Made by a program: the position numbers and the translations under genes. Below are positions 15,945 through 25,136 of a DNA stretch of 27,421 nt, in pieces (within the stretch, counting starts at the first letter, position 1; each line of letters opens with the position of its first letter). The notes below the pieces were generated by a model, which ran no database searches, had not been told where the DNA came from, and saw only the letters and a list, made by a program, of their open reading frames with translations. The stretch is from an uncultured Rikenellaceae bacterium (GTDB lineage: Bacteria > Bacteroidota > Bacteroidia > Bacteroidales > Tenuifilaceae): NCBI GenBank assembly GCA_964481075.1, contig CAYZSD010000030.1, positions 1 through 27,421 of the forward strand, given 5' to 3'.

Positions 15945-16952
15945 ATGTCATTAAGAATTGGCACAATTCTTCCTCACACCAAGCTTTACGGAGGTGTGAA
16001 ACGATTCCTAGAGTTAGGTAATATCTTTTTCGAAAAAGGACACCGCCCAATAATCTTTACACCCGATGGATTGAAACCCACCTGGTTCAACTATAAAGGT
16101 GATGTAGTTAATTTTGAGCACCTTCCTTTACAAAAACTTGATGCTATTTTCTTCACTGAACCCGAATTTCTCCCTCAGGCTTTATCTTCACCTGCATTTA
16201 GGAAAATTTTCTACTTCATCAACCCAAAAGAATCTCTGAGAAGTTTCAAAAAACATTGTGAAATTGAGATTTTTGCAAATTCATTTGGCTTGGTAAACAT
16301 TGCAAAAAAACGTTTCGGATACGATGCGTTCCCTGCATTTGGAGGAATCAATCTAAAAAATCATAATCCAAAACCGAACAATGATAGAGACACCGACTCC
16401 CCTTTTGTGGTTATGGCCTACGGCAGATTAGCTCGTGGAGTAAAAGGTACTAAGTATGTGGTTAGAGCCTGTAAAAGACTGGTTAGAAGGGGGTACAAGG
16501 TTGAACTTCTACTGTTTGACACCCCTGTTACTGAAAAAATGCTCAAAAGGAACAGCGAGTTTAAGACTAGCATTCCCTACACCTTTATCCAGAATCACCC
16601 CGTTGATAAGAATCAGGATCTTTACCATAAAGCAGATGTGTTTGTTGCTGCCGAAGGCAAAGCAGGATGGAGCAACACTGCCGCCGAAGCAATGGCTTGC
16701 GGAATTCCGGTGATAGGCACCACTGCCGGAACAGGAAACTTCCTCTTTCACAATGAAACGGGCTTAGTCGTTTCGCAGAACTCCCGACAGATTGCAAATG
16801 CCATTGAGCAACTAATTAACAACGAGTCGCTCCGTGAGCAGCTTGCTCATAATGGTCGAAAAAAGATTGAGGAGTTCGACTGGGAGATTTTAGCCGATAC
16901 TATTATACAGAATTTAAACCGAAAAAAACTAGAAACCATTCCAAACCCTTAA
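15945..16952 (+). CDS. Glycosyltransferase family 4 (GT-B, group 1)
   Basis: C-terminal GT-B motif: GWSNTAAEAMACGIPVIGTTAGTGNFLFHNETGLVV. Confidence 0.8.
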   Translation: MSLRIGTILPHTKLYGGVKRFLELGNIFFEKGHRPIIFTPDGLKPTWFNYKGDVVNFEHLPLQKLDAIFFTEPEFLPQALSSPAFRKIFYFINPKESLRSFKKHCEIEIFANSFGLVNIAKKRFGYDAFPAFGGINLKNHNPKPNNDRDTDSPFVVMAYGRLARGVKGTKYVVRACKRLVRRGYKVELLLFDTPVTEKMLKRNSEFKTSIPYTFIQNHPVDKNQDLYHKADVFVAAEGKAGWSNTAAEAMACGIPVIGTTAGTGNFLFHNETGLVVSQNSRQIANAIEQLINNESLREQLAHNGRKKIEEFDWEILADTIIQNLNRKKLETIPNP

Positions 16953-16956
16953 TTTA

Positions 16957-17940
16957 ATGGATTTTACTGAATTTAAATGGAAGTATTTGCTTTCAATGGT
17001 AATTTCAAAGATGCTCCCCCAAAAGCCTCCACCTAATCGGGTAATTTTTATTACAGAAGAGGGTACAAAAGGGTGGATTCTTGATGCGAAGGCAAAACGG
17101 TTGAGTGCAAATTTTCATGGAGATAGCGATGTTTTGTATTCTGAAACATTCAAGAAAATCCCAGATGCAAAGGGTTACTTCTTCCTTCATTTCAAGTATT
17201 TTCTAAAAGCAATAAGATATAATCCACGAATTCTGCACAGGAAATGTGTTGTGATGTTTACCCATCCTAACTGGAACAAACATTACACCATAAAGCATGT
17301 GATTTACATCCTGAACAAGGCTAATTTTGTTGTTTGCCTAAACTCAGCCATTAAAGATGAGCTAATCAGTTTTGGTTTAGAAAGTGATAAAATTAAGGTC
17401 TTCCACATGGCCTCAAATACACAGTTTTTCAGTCCAAAAATCCGCGATGGTAAAGGTGCTGTTGGTTTCTGTATGGCATACTACCCAAGGAAGAACCCCG
17501 ACCTCATGCTTGAAATCGTAAAGGGAATGCCCCATAGAAACTTCATCCTTGTTGGCCGTCATTGGGAACAATATCCTTCATTTCAGGAACTTATCTCTTT
17601 GCCAAATTTCACCTACTACGATAATATCCCCTACGAAGAGTACCCAGCCCTTTACCATAAAATGGATGTTTTCGTTTCCACATCCCATAACGAGGGGGGA
17701 CCGGTACCCATTCTTGAAGCAATGCTTTCAAATGTTGTACCTGTTGCCAGCAGAACAGGCTTTTGCCCCGACCTGATTGAGAATGGTGTAAACGGTTTTC
17801 TTTTCAACTCAAACACAGGCGCTTACGAAGTAATTCAGCTAATTGAAAAAGCTTTTGCACTTCAAATTAATGTTCGTGAAAAGGCTGAACCACACTCTTG
17901 GGAGAGGTACGGAAAACTTGTAAGTGAGCTTTTTATGTAG
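16957..17940 (+). CDS. Glycosyltransferase family 4 (GT-B, group 1)
   Basis: VSTSHNEGGPVPILEAMLSNVVPVASRTGFCPDLIENGVNGFLF. It starts 4 nt after the previous ORF. Confidence 0.8.
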   Translation: MDFTEFKWKYLLSMVISKMLPQKPPPNRVIFITEEGTKGWILDAKAKRLSANFHGDSDVLYSETFKKIPDAKGYFFLHFKYFLKAIRYNPRILHRKCVVMFTHPNWNKHYTIKHVIYILNKANFVVCLNSAIKDELISFGLESDKIKVFHMASNTQFFSPKIRDGKGAVGFCMAYYPRKNPDLMLEIVKGMPHRNFILVGRHWEQYPSFQELISLPNFTYYDNIPYEEYPALYHKMDVFVSTSHNEGGPVPILEAMLSNVVPVASRTGFCPDLIENGVNGFLFNSNTGAYEVIQLIEKAFALQINVREKAEPHSWERYGKLVSELFM

Positions 17941-17982
17941 CAATCATCGAACCAGCTAAATAGTAATTAAACGGTTAATAGA

Positions 17983-18558
17983 ATGACTCACAGCAGTTCC
18001 TATCTTGCTTCGTTTGTTGAATCGCTCAACAAAAAAAACGAAAAAGTTAAATTGCATCTTGGCTGTGGTGGAATAAGGTGGAAGGACTACATCAATATCG
18101 ACCTCTATCCACAAAGCGAATCCCCCGATTCATCGCGTTCGGGTTGCGTGGCCGATTTTTTTGCAGATATACGAAAGCTAGATCTGCCTAACGAGTCTGT
18201 GGATTATATCTTTTCAAGCCATGTGCTAGAACACTTTACCCGTTGGGAAGCCTTAGAAATGCTCCAAAACTGGTATAACCTTCTAAAAAATGGCGGTGAA
18301 CTTGTGGTTGAGATGCCCGATTTCTGGCGCTGTGTTATGTGGCTTTTTCATCCCAAGAAAAGGAAAAGAATTCTTGCTCAGAACCAATTCTACGGAAATC
18401 AATGGGATAAATTGGATTATGAAACCCATCGCTATGTATGGAAGAGCAATGAATTTAAAAATGAACTACTTAGCATAGGTTTTCGTAAGGTGATGATTTC
18501 TCACAAAACTGAAACCCATCGCCCAGGGCGAGATATGCGTGTGGTGGCAAAAAAGTAA
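17983..18558 (+). CDS. Class I SAM-dependent methyltransferase
   Basis: A glycine-rich motif I (VKLHLGCGGIRW), then SSHVLEHF...LLKNGGELVVEMPD. Confidence 0.75.
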   Translation: MTHSSSYLASFVESLNKKNEKVKLHLGCGGIRWKDYINIDLYPQSESPDSSRSGCVADFFADIRKLDLPNESVDYIFSSHVLEHFTRWEALEMLQNWYNLLKNGGELVVEMPDFWRCVMWLFHPKKRKRILAQNQFYGNQWDKLDYETHRYVWKSNEFKNELLSIGFRKVMISHKTETHRPGRDMRVVAKK

Positions 18559-18653
18559 GCATTTTACTGGATCTTTTCAAACCCTGTTACATAACTCATG
18601 CGAAAACCCTCCCTAAACAACTTTAAATAAGAGTAATGCAGCATGAAAAATGT

Positions 18654-19286
18654 TTATGCATTATCTTCCAGCGTTCCACATATTGTCCCCTCATCGGTGC
18701 TGCATCTCCATTGCCTAACAGGAACGCTCCAATCGCCATACTTGGCAGTAAGGTACTCCTTGTAGCTGTTGGGAGCAGCAAAGTCTTTGCCCAAAAAACT
18801 GACTGGGTCGTACGACTGGTAATGTATATTGCTCACTTTCATCACCTTGCCATTTGCTTGCCAGTATGTAAAATCACTATCCTTCGATTTTACAAAAACA
18901 TCGAGTGTGATGAAGTACCTTTCAACAAAAGGGAACAATAACCTTAGCAAGTAAAAAAGCAAGGGTTTTACTTTTATCAAAGAGAAATCGCCTTTGTTGA
19001 TTGGCCCGAAACTCTTAGCACTATACCTTGCCGATAGCTTCAACCCCTTAAATGCAAACTTATACTTTAAATCGTATAACTGCTTTGCATGCTCAATCGG
19101 AATTGAAATATCCAAATCATTGTCCCAGGGTAGAAAAGCGTTATCCCTCACGATGCCAAGAAGAGTCCCACCTTCCAGATGGTAAGGTATTGAATTTTTC
19201 TCCAAAGTATCTACTACAGTGAAAAGCAATTTTCTTGCCCTTTTTACATTTCTGTGAGTTAATTGTGGCTTCATGGGTAAGTGCAT
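18654..19286 (-). CDS. LicD-family phosphotransferase (CDP-alcohol/phosphocholine transferase family)
   Basis: HLEGGTLLGIVRDNAFLPWDNDLDISIP matches the LicD core (GGTLLG...PWDDDxD). It is the only minus-strand gene in the cluster. Confidence 0.8.
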   Translation of the reverse strand: MHLPMKPQLTHRNVKRARKLLFTVVDTLEKNSIPYHLEGGTLLGIVRDNAFLPWDNDLDISIPIEHAKQLYDLKYKFAFKGLKLSARYSAKSFGPINKGDFSLIKVKPLLFYLLRLLFPFVERYFITLDVFVKSKDSDFTYWQANGKVMKVSNIHYQSYDPVSFLGKDFAAPNSYKEYLTAKYGDWSVPVRQWRCSTDEGTICGTLEDNA

Positions 19287-19387
19287 TAGAATGAGTTATC
19301 AAAATTAACAGGTTGAATTGTTTTAACAAAATCCAATAACTTGTATTTCTAACATAATATTATGCACATTTTTTTGTTATTAGTTTT

Positions 19388-19395
19388 TAATTTTG
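19388..19395 (+). promoter_or_regulatory. Bacteroidota -7 promoter box (TAATTTTG)
   Basis: It matches TAnnTTTG and lies 26 nt upstream of the ATG at 19422, in the divergent region shared with the LicD gene. Confidence 0.35.
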
Positions 19396-19421
19396 GCCTT
19401 TTATTTTTTTAACCTTTTTCT

Positions 19422-20228
19422 ATGCCAAAAATATCAGGTGTTATCATCGCTTTTAATGAAGAGAAGAACATCGAACGATGCATCAATTCTCTCAGGAAGG
19501 TATGCGATGAGATTATTGTTGTCGATTCCTATTCCACCGATCGAACAGAGGAAATATGTAGAAGCTTAAACGTTCGGTTCTTCCAAAATCCTTTCGGAGG
19601 ATACCGAGAGCAGAAGAACTACGCACTGCAATTTGCATCGTTCGACTATGTCCTTTCTTTAGATGCCGACGAAGCACTTTCTGTTGAACTAGAAGAGTCG
19701 ATACTCAAAGTTAAGGATAATCTTAAGTTTGATGGATACTACGTGAAGCGACTTAACAATTACTGTGGGCAATGGATTTACCATTCAAACTGGTATCCCG
19801 ACTGGAAACTTAGGCTATTTAAAAAGGACAAGGGTCATTGGGGAGGAATAAACCCGCACGATAGGTTTGAACTCACAAAGAAATCGACATCAAGCCACCT
19901 CCAAGGTGATCTTTTGCACTGGGTATTAAGCACGTATGAAGAACATATTGCCAAAACAAACAACTTTAGTACTATTGCAGCAAGGGAATATTATAAGCTT
20001 GGGAAAAAAAGCAGCTACCTAAAGATAATATTGAACCCTTCTTGGCGTTTTGTTAAGGCTTACTTCCTCAAACTAGGTTTCCTAGACGGTTTTAACGGCT
20101 TTGTAATATGCTCATTATCAGCGCACACTAGTTTCTTGAAGTATATGAAACTAAAGCGACTAATTATTGAAAGCAAAAAAAAGATAGACAAAACAAGTAA
20201 CCAAAATAATATTCGTATTGCATCATAA
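19422..20228 (+). CDS. Glycosyltransferase family 2 (LPS-core type)
   Basis: ISGVIIAFNEEKNIERCINSL...IIVVDSYSTDRT, LDADE as the DxD motif, and a C-terminal GFLDGFNGF segment typical of core-type GT2 enzymes. Confidence 0.85.
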   Translation: MPKISGVIIAFNEEKNIERCINSLRKVCDEIIVVDSYSTDRTEEICRSLNVRFFQNPFGGYREQKNYALQFASFDYVLSLDADEALSVELEESILKVKDNLKFDGYYVKRLNNYCGQWIYHSNWYPDWKLRLFKKDKGHWGGINPHDRFELTKKSTSSHLQGDLLHWVLSTYEEHIAKTNNFSTIAAREYYKLGKKSSYLKIILNPSWRFVKAYFLKLGFLDGFNGFVICSLSAHTSFLKYMKLKRLIIESKKKIDKTSNQNNIRIAS

Positions 20229-20240
20229 TTTAACCCAAAC

Positions 20241-20924
20241 ATGAGAATAGTTATACTTGCCGCAGGCATTGGCTCTCGCCTTGGTAACCCTCTTCCAAAA
20301 CCCCTCACTCCACTAAAAAGTGGAAAGACAATTTTAGAACAGCAGATTGAAAACCTCAGTCAATTTTTTAATCCAGATATCATAAACATTGTTGTGGGAT
20401 TCAAGAAAGACCTCGTAATGGAGGCCTTTCCCGACATGAATTTCATATACAACCAGCACTTCGATAATACCAACACCTCTAAAAGCCTTCTGAAAGCTAT
20501 TAAAAAATGCAACAATGAATCGGTGTTGTGGCTCAATGGTGACGTTGTTTTCGATCCAGGAATTCTGAAGATAATTCTCCCTTTCATCGAAAGCGACCAA
20601 TCATTTGTTTGCGTTAATAAATCGGATGTTGGGGAGGAAGAAGTAAAATACAACCTCGATGAACAAGGCTACATCGGCCAACTTTCCAAATCTGTGCCTA
20701 ATGCAATTGGGGAAGCTCTTGGTATCAACTTTATTTCTAGCAAAGATATTGAGCCTTTCATTCAAAGGCTTATAGAATGCGATGAAAACGACTATTTTGA
20801 AAAAGGGATTGAGTTTGCCATACAGAAGGATTCAATTAAAGTTCTACCTATTGATATTTCCGATTACCGATGCATAGAAATTGATTTTATTGAAGATCTT
20901 GATAAAGCGAACATAATCTTCTAA
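20241..20924 (+). CDS. Sugar- or alcohol-phosphate cytidylyl/nucleotidyltransferase (LicC/IPCT-like)
   Basis: The N-terminus is MRIVILAAGIGSRLG...PKPLTPL, followed by NTNTSKSL and LNGDVVF motifs. Confidence 0.7.
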   Translation: MRIVILAAGIGSRLGNPLPKPLTPLKSGKTILEQQIENLSQFFNPDIINIVVGFKKDLVMEAFPDMNFIYNQHFDNTNTSKSLLKAIKKCNNESVLWLNGDVVFDPGILKIILPFIESDQSFVCVNKSDVGEEEVKYNLDEQGYIGQLSKSVPNAIGEALGINFISSKDIEPFIQRLIECDENDYFEKGIEFAIQKDSIKVLPIDISDYRCIEIDFIEDLDKANIIF

Positions 20925-20933
20925 ATCCATACC

Positions 20934-21983
20934 ATGAGGGCAACCCTTTTTTGCGCTCAGCCATACGCTTTCGGCATTTTAAAACCTTTACACGATGAAC
21001 TTCAAAGTAAAGGTCATGATGTGGTTTGGTATCTACCCAACAAACACCTCAATGTTTTCCCCTATACCAATGAAGTTGCCCATTATACTACTATTGAAGA
21101 GATTCATTCCTTTAACAGCGATGCCATTTTTGTGCCAGGCAACGAGGTCCCTCACTACCTAAGAGGTGTTAAGGTTCAAATTTTTCATGGTTTGGCTGGC
21201 GAGAAAAAGGGGCATTTCAGAATTAGAAACTATTTCGACCTATACCTAACCCAAGGACCATACTTCACTCGGCGATTCAATGAACTTGCAAAAAAATACA
21301 AGGACTTTGAGGTTGCCGAAACCGGTTGGTGTAAACTCGACACATTATTTTTGACAAAAGAATTATTCCTGAACGAAAAAAATCAATTTCTTGAAGATTG
21401 CGATAAGCAAAAAATTGTTCTTTATGCTCCTACGTTCTCTCCCTCCTTAACATCAGCAAAAGCATTGTCGCGAAGCATTAGCAATCTTGCTAAGAAACAC
21501 AGCATTCACCTTATGGTAAAGTTTCACGACCTGATGGACAAGGGCATTGTTTCTGAATATGAGAGCATTGCCAACAATATCGACAATATCGAGGTGGTAA
21601 GTAATCCTAACATACTCAAGTACCTTGTCATGGCCGATGTTATGATAAGCGACACCTCATCAGCCGTTTACGAATTTTCGTTTCTAAATAAACCTGTTAT
21701 AACCCTTAACTCTAGCTCACCAAATATTGCCTGGCTGAACATTAACAATCCAAATCAACTTGATGATGCTTTCATCGATGCAATAAGCCACGACTCAATG
21801 GCTACAAAGCGACAAAATCTTATTTCTCAGTACCACCCATACAACGATGGAAAATCTTCTTCAAGAATGATACAATCCGTTGAGGATTACATAAGTAGAA
21901 ACGGTGTTCCCGAAAAACGAAGATTGAACCTATACCGTCGCTATAAAATTCGAAAATTTTTTGGACCAAAACCAGGAGTTTGA
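20934..21983 (+). CDS. CDP-glycerol glycerophosphotransferase-family protein (TagF-like)
   Basis: VLYAPTFSP..., ADVMISDTSSAVYEFSFLNKPVITL and YHPYNDGKSSSRM resemble the TagF/TarF catalytic-domain motifs. Confidence 0.75.
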   Translation: MRATLFCAQPYAFGILKPLHDELQSKGHDVVWYLPNKHLNVFPYTNEVAHYTTIEEIHSFNSDAIFVPGNEVPHYLRGVKVQIFHGLAGEKKGHFRIRNYFDLYLTQGPYFTRRFNELAKKYKDFEVAETGWCKLDTLFLTKELFLNEKNQFLEDCDKQKIVLYAPTFSPSLTSAKALSRSISNLAKKHSIHLMVKFHDLMDKGIVSEYESIANNIDNIEVVSNPNILKYLVMADVMISDTSSAVYEFSFLNKPVITLNSSSPNIAWLNINNPNQLDDAFIDAISHDSMATKRQNLISQYHPYNDGKSSSRMIQSVEDYISRNGVPEKRRLNLYRRYKIRKFFGPKPGV

Positions 21984-21996
21984 TTCTGCTTGACAA

Positions 21997-23511
21997 TTAA
22001 TCCCATACAACCAGCCTTTCTCGAGCCTTCATTACCCCCTCTTCAAAAAGGGTAACAATGTAAACCCCTTTTGTTAAGCCATTTATCTCTAATTCGTTTG
22101 TTTTTGTAATCACCCTTTTGATATAGATTCCTTGAATAGAGAAAATCCTTAGCTCATAATTCCTCCTTTGAGGTAAAATAACTCTGATTAAAGAATTAGC
22201 CCTAGCAGGGTTAGGAATGATTGATAAAGGAATTTGGAAAAAGGGTTTACATTGGGTAGGATTTATTTGGAAAAGTTCAATTGTGCTAAAAACGAAAGGA
22301 GTATTCTGGCATGCCTGGGTTCCATCGTTGAGGTGAACAGCAAGTTTAAGTGTATGATTATCGGGAATGTACTGCATGAACTGAATATTACCAGGTCCAC
22401 CGAATGCACAAGTGCTCGAATGGTTTAGCATTAAATTCCAGCTGTCTAGTGAACCAATACGTTCGCCGTCATCAATGTTTGCTCTGATAGAGTCGTACCT
22501 CATGCAAAAATGCATAGCGTTATTCCTTGATATTGAAAAGTTTGCCGCATAAAGGTTATCTCCTGGAATGCTATCGGGGTATGTGTTGTACCTTATGCTT
22601 GAGTAGGGAACTGATGGCGCAACCTCGGCAACCATTGCAATCAGCGAGTCGCTCCCTGCTGCCGAAGAGGCCAAACTAGCAACAATGTAGCTATCGGCAT
22701 AACCATTTGTATTTCCCTGAACTACACTAACTGCATCGGCAACATCATTCTTCCCATCGCCATTTACATCCCTCTTCTCAATGCTCCTTCGGAGCGAGAA
22801 CCAGATTGGCTCATAGGCTTTATATAGGCTGCCATTCGAATAATCGTCGGCAAGCATGTGCTGCATAACCGATAGACCGCTTTCATTAACACCTGACAGC
22901 ACGGACATCTGCCCAGCAAAACCAACCAACAACCACGGCTGCTCATCCTCCTCTTGGGGAACATGCACAACCATTACCTGGTTACGAATAATTGCAGGAT
23001 AAACATTCCAATCCATGTGCCTTGATATTACCGATTTACCAGTTATATCGGTTCCCTCGGTTGCTCTACCCCAACTCATTAGGCTGGAGCATCCGTTTGC
23101 AAGGTTCAGGTTAACTGAACTGAGGTTCGCGATATCGAGAAACGAGTTTGAAACAAGAATATCGCTGTAGTCGATGTTGAGCGAAAACCCTGCATCAACA
23201 ATTCCATTCACCATAGCTGTCGCTTCAACAACGTATTCGTTTTGGATAGTATAATGTGCCGGATCCTTAATAAGGGTTCGGGCAAAAGGGAGAAGGGAGC
23301 CAAAGGATGGTACAATAAAATTTTGATACATATCAACAATTTGCTCAGCAAGTAGATATCCAACCGCATAGCCTCTTTCCTCATGCGTTCCCCATACTTT
23401 AACAACAGTTAGATTGTTTTCGTTTAAAAAGATTTCTCCATTAACAACCTGTGCTTCAATTAGGTTAGTTAAAGAAATCGTAAACAACAGTATTAGGATA
23501 ACCTTTCTCAT
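21997..23511 (-). CDS. T9SS-secreted C45/Ntn-hydrolase-like protein
   Basis: Signal peptide MRKVILILLFTISLTNLIEAQ. The candidate nucleophile context is ANGCSSLMSWG...ISRHMDWN...GVNESGL. There is a DVNGDGKNDVADA Ca-binding-like loop. The C-terminus is a T9SS type-A sorting domain (IIPNPARANSL...LRIFSIQG...LTKGVYIVTL). Confidence 0.7.
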   Translation of the reverse strand: MRKVILILLFTISLTNLIEAQVVNGEIFLNENNLTVVKVWGTHEERGYAVGYLLAEQIVDMYQNFIVPSFGSLLPFARTLIKDPAHYTIQNEYVVEATAMVNGIVDAGFSLNIDYSDILVSNSFLDIANLSSVNLNLANGCSSLMSWGRATEGTDITGKSVISRHMDWNVYPAIIRNQVMVVHVPQEEDEQPWLLVGFAGQMSVLSGVNESGLSVMQHMLADDYSNGSLYKAYEPIWFSLRRSIEKRDVNGDGKNDVADAVSVVQGNTNGYADSYIVASLASSAAGSDSLIAMVAEVAPSVPYSSIRYNTYPDSIPGDNLYAANFSISRNNAMHFCMRYDSIRANIDDGERIGSLDSWNLMLNHSSTCAFGGPGNIQFMQYIPDNHTLKLAVHLNDGTQACQNTPFVFSTIELFQINPTQCKPFFQIPLSIIPNPARANSLIRVILPQRRNYELRIFSIQGIYIKRVITKTNELEINGLTKGVYIVTLFEEGVMKARERLVVWD

Positions 23512-23663
23512 TTCAATATTTATTTAGCTATAAAAATAAACTATTTCTTTCTTGCACAAATCAATACAAATAGAAAATTGTGTTCAATATTCCTTTCTCT
23601 TCAATATCTATGAAGTCAAAGTAACTTTTTGCTTTTTTCGATTACATTTTCAATTGTTACTAC

Positions 23664-23671
23664 TAACTTTG
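23664..23671 (+). promoter_or_regulatory. Bacteroidota -7 promoter box (TAACTTTG) upstream of ychF
   Basis: It matches TAnnTTTG and lies 26 nt upstream of the ATG at 23698. Confidence 0.35.
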
Positions 23672-23697
23672 CAACCCACCTCAAAAATGGAAGAACA

Positions 23698-24792
23698 ATG
23701 AGTTTACAATGCGGAATAATTGGAGTAGCTAACGTTGGTAAGTCAACCATTTTCAACTGTATGTCGTCAACCAAAGCCGAGGCAAGCGGCTTTTCCTTTG
23801 GTAACAAGACAAACCTAAGTATAATCAATGTGCCCGATCAACGGTTGAAAGAACTAAACCGTTTCCAGGTAACCGAGCGAATTGTAAATGCAACTGTTGA
23901 AATAGTTGATATTCCTGGGTTGACAAAGAGCACAGGCCGCACCGACAAGGGTGCGAATCAGTTTCTTTCCGATATTCGCAATTGCGATGCTCTTATCCAC
24001 GTGCTTCGTTGCTTCGATGACCCAAATCTTCCACACATTGAGGGATCGGTGAACCCCATTAGGGATATCGAAACAGTGAACCTTGAACTTCAAATTAAGG
24101 ATTTAGAGTCTATTGAGAAAAAAATTGTCCGCCTCGAAAAACTTGTAAAAGTGGGCGACAAGGATGCAAAACATGGTTTGGAAGTTCTCAACATCTATAA
24201 AGAACACCTTGAGTCGTTCAAGAATGCTTCTACAGCTCCTGTAAACCCAGAGGACACAAAGTATATCGCCGATTTATTTCTACTTTCCACAAAACCAATT
24301 ATTTACGTATGCAACGTCGATGAGCCATCGGCAGTAAATGGTAATGCATACGTGGAAAGGGTTAATGAGTTTTTAAAGGGCGAAGAAACAGAAATACTTA
24401 TTATTGCTGGAAAATTAGAGGCCGAAATCGCTGAGTTAGAAGATGAAACCGATCGTTTAGAGTTCCTCAAAGAAGTAGGGCTTCAGGAACCCGGTGTAAA
24501 TAAACTTATTCGTGCTGCCTATTCACTGCTAAATCTGGAAACCTTCTTCACCGTTGGGCCCAAAGAAATCAGGGCGTGGACCATAAAGAAAGGGATGACA
24601 GCTCCACAAGCCGCAGGTGTAATACATAGTGATCTTGAAAGAGGGTTTATAAGAGCCGAGGTTATGAAATACAATGATTTTACTTCACTTGGTTCGGAGC
24701 ATGCTTGCAAGGAAAAAGGGAAGCTTTTTGTTGAAGGGAAGAACTATATTGTGTGCGATGGAGATATACTTCACATTCGATTCAACGTTTAA
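23698..24792 (+). CDS. ychF: YchF/OLA1-family P-loop NTPase with divergent switch regions
   Basis: G1 motif GVANVGKST, G4 motif CNVDE, and the C-terminal TGS-like RAWTIKKGMTAPQAAGVIHSDLERGFIRAEV are all present. The start is at the internal ATG (MSLQCGIIG). Switch I and II are atypical; see the findings. Confidence 0.85.
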   Translation: MSLQCGIIGVANVGKSTIFNCMSSTKAEASGFSFGNKTNLSIINVPDQRLKELNRFQVTERIVNATVEIVDIPGLTKSTGRTDKGANQFLSDIRNCDALIHVLRCFDDPNLPHIEGSVNPIRDIETVNLELQIKDLESIEKKIVRLEKLVKVGDKDAKHGLEVLNIYKEHLESFKNASTAPVNPEDTKYIADLFLLSTKPIIYVCNVDEPSAVNGNAYVERVNEFLKGEETEILIIAGKLEAEIAELEDETDRLEFLKEVGLQEPGVNKLIRAAYSLLNLETFFTVGPKEIRAWTIKKGMTAPQAAGVIHSDLERGFIRAEVMKYNDFTSLGSEHACKEKGKLFVEGKNYIVCDGDILHIRFNV

Positions 24793-25136
24793 CTTCCAAT
24801 TTTTTAAATCGTTTGTGATTCTTTTGGCTTAATTTTTGCTTGCTTCTATTCGGAAAGCTATCATTTTGTGCTTGCTTTAAACACTTTCTTCTTATGAAGC
24901 CTATTATTACTTTCATTAAGCTATTTACTCTTCGAGTGTCGGTATTTGCCTTTTAGGCATTCTGCAACAAGGCTTCAATCAACCAAACCATCTTATTATT
25001 AACAACTTAAATTACGGAGGATTTGCTATGAAATCAATTAGCGTATTTGCAACTGTGGAAATTTTTCACAACCTATTAAATCTTGTTGTCCCAATTTATC
25101 TAAATCACCATTACAAACATCGAAAACGAAAACGAC

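Noticed and set aside
18636-18661. aatgca...tgcatt 6-bp inverted repeat between the convergent methyltransferase and LicD genes, as a bidirectional terminator
   Set aside because: The stem is short and AT-rich, the loop is 16 nt, and there are no flanking T-runs. It is too weak to call.
24793-25136. Search for a riboswitch or sRNA in the long leader of the MATE gene
   Set aside because: No conserved riboswitch core (such as guanidine-I-like elements) or extended stable helices were seen. There is only a 4-5-bp tgcc/ggca hairpin.
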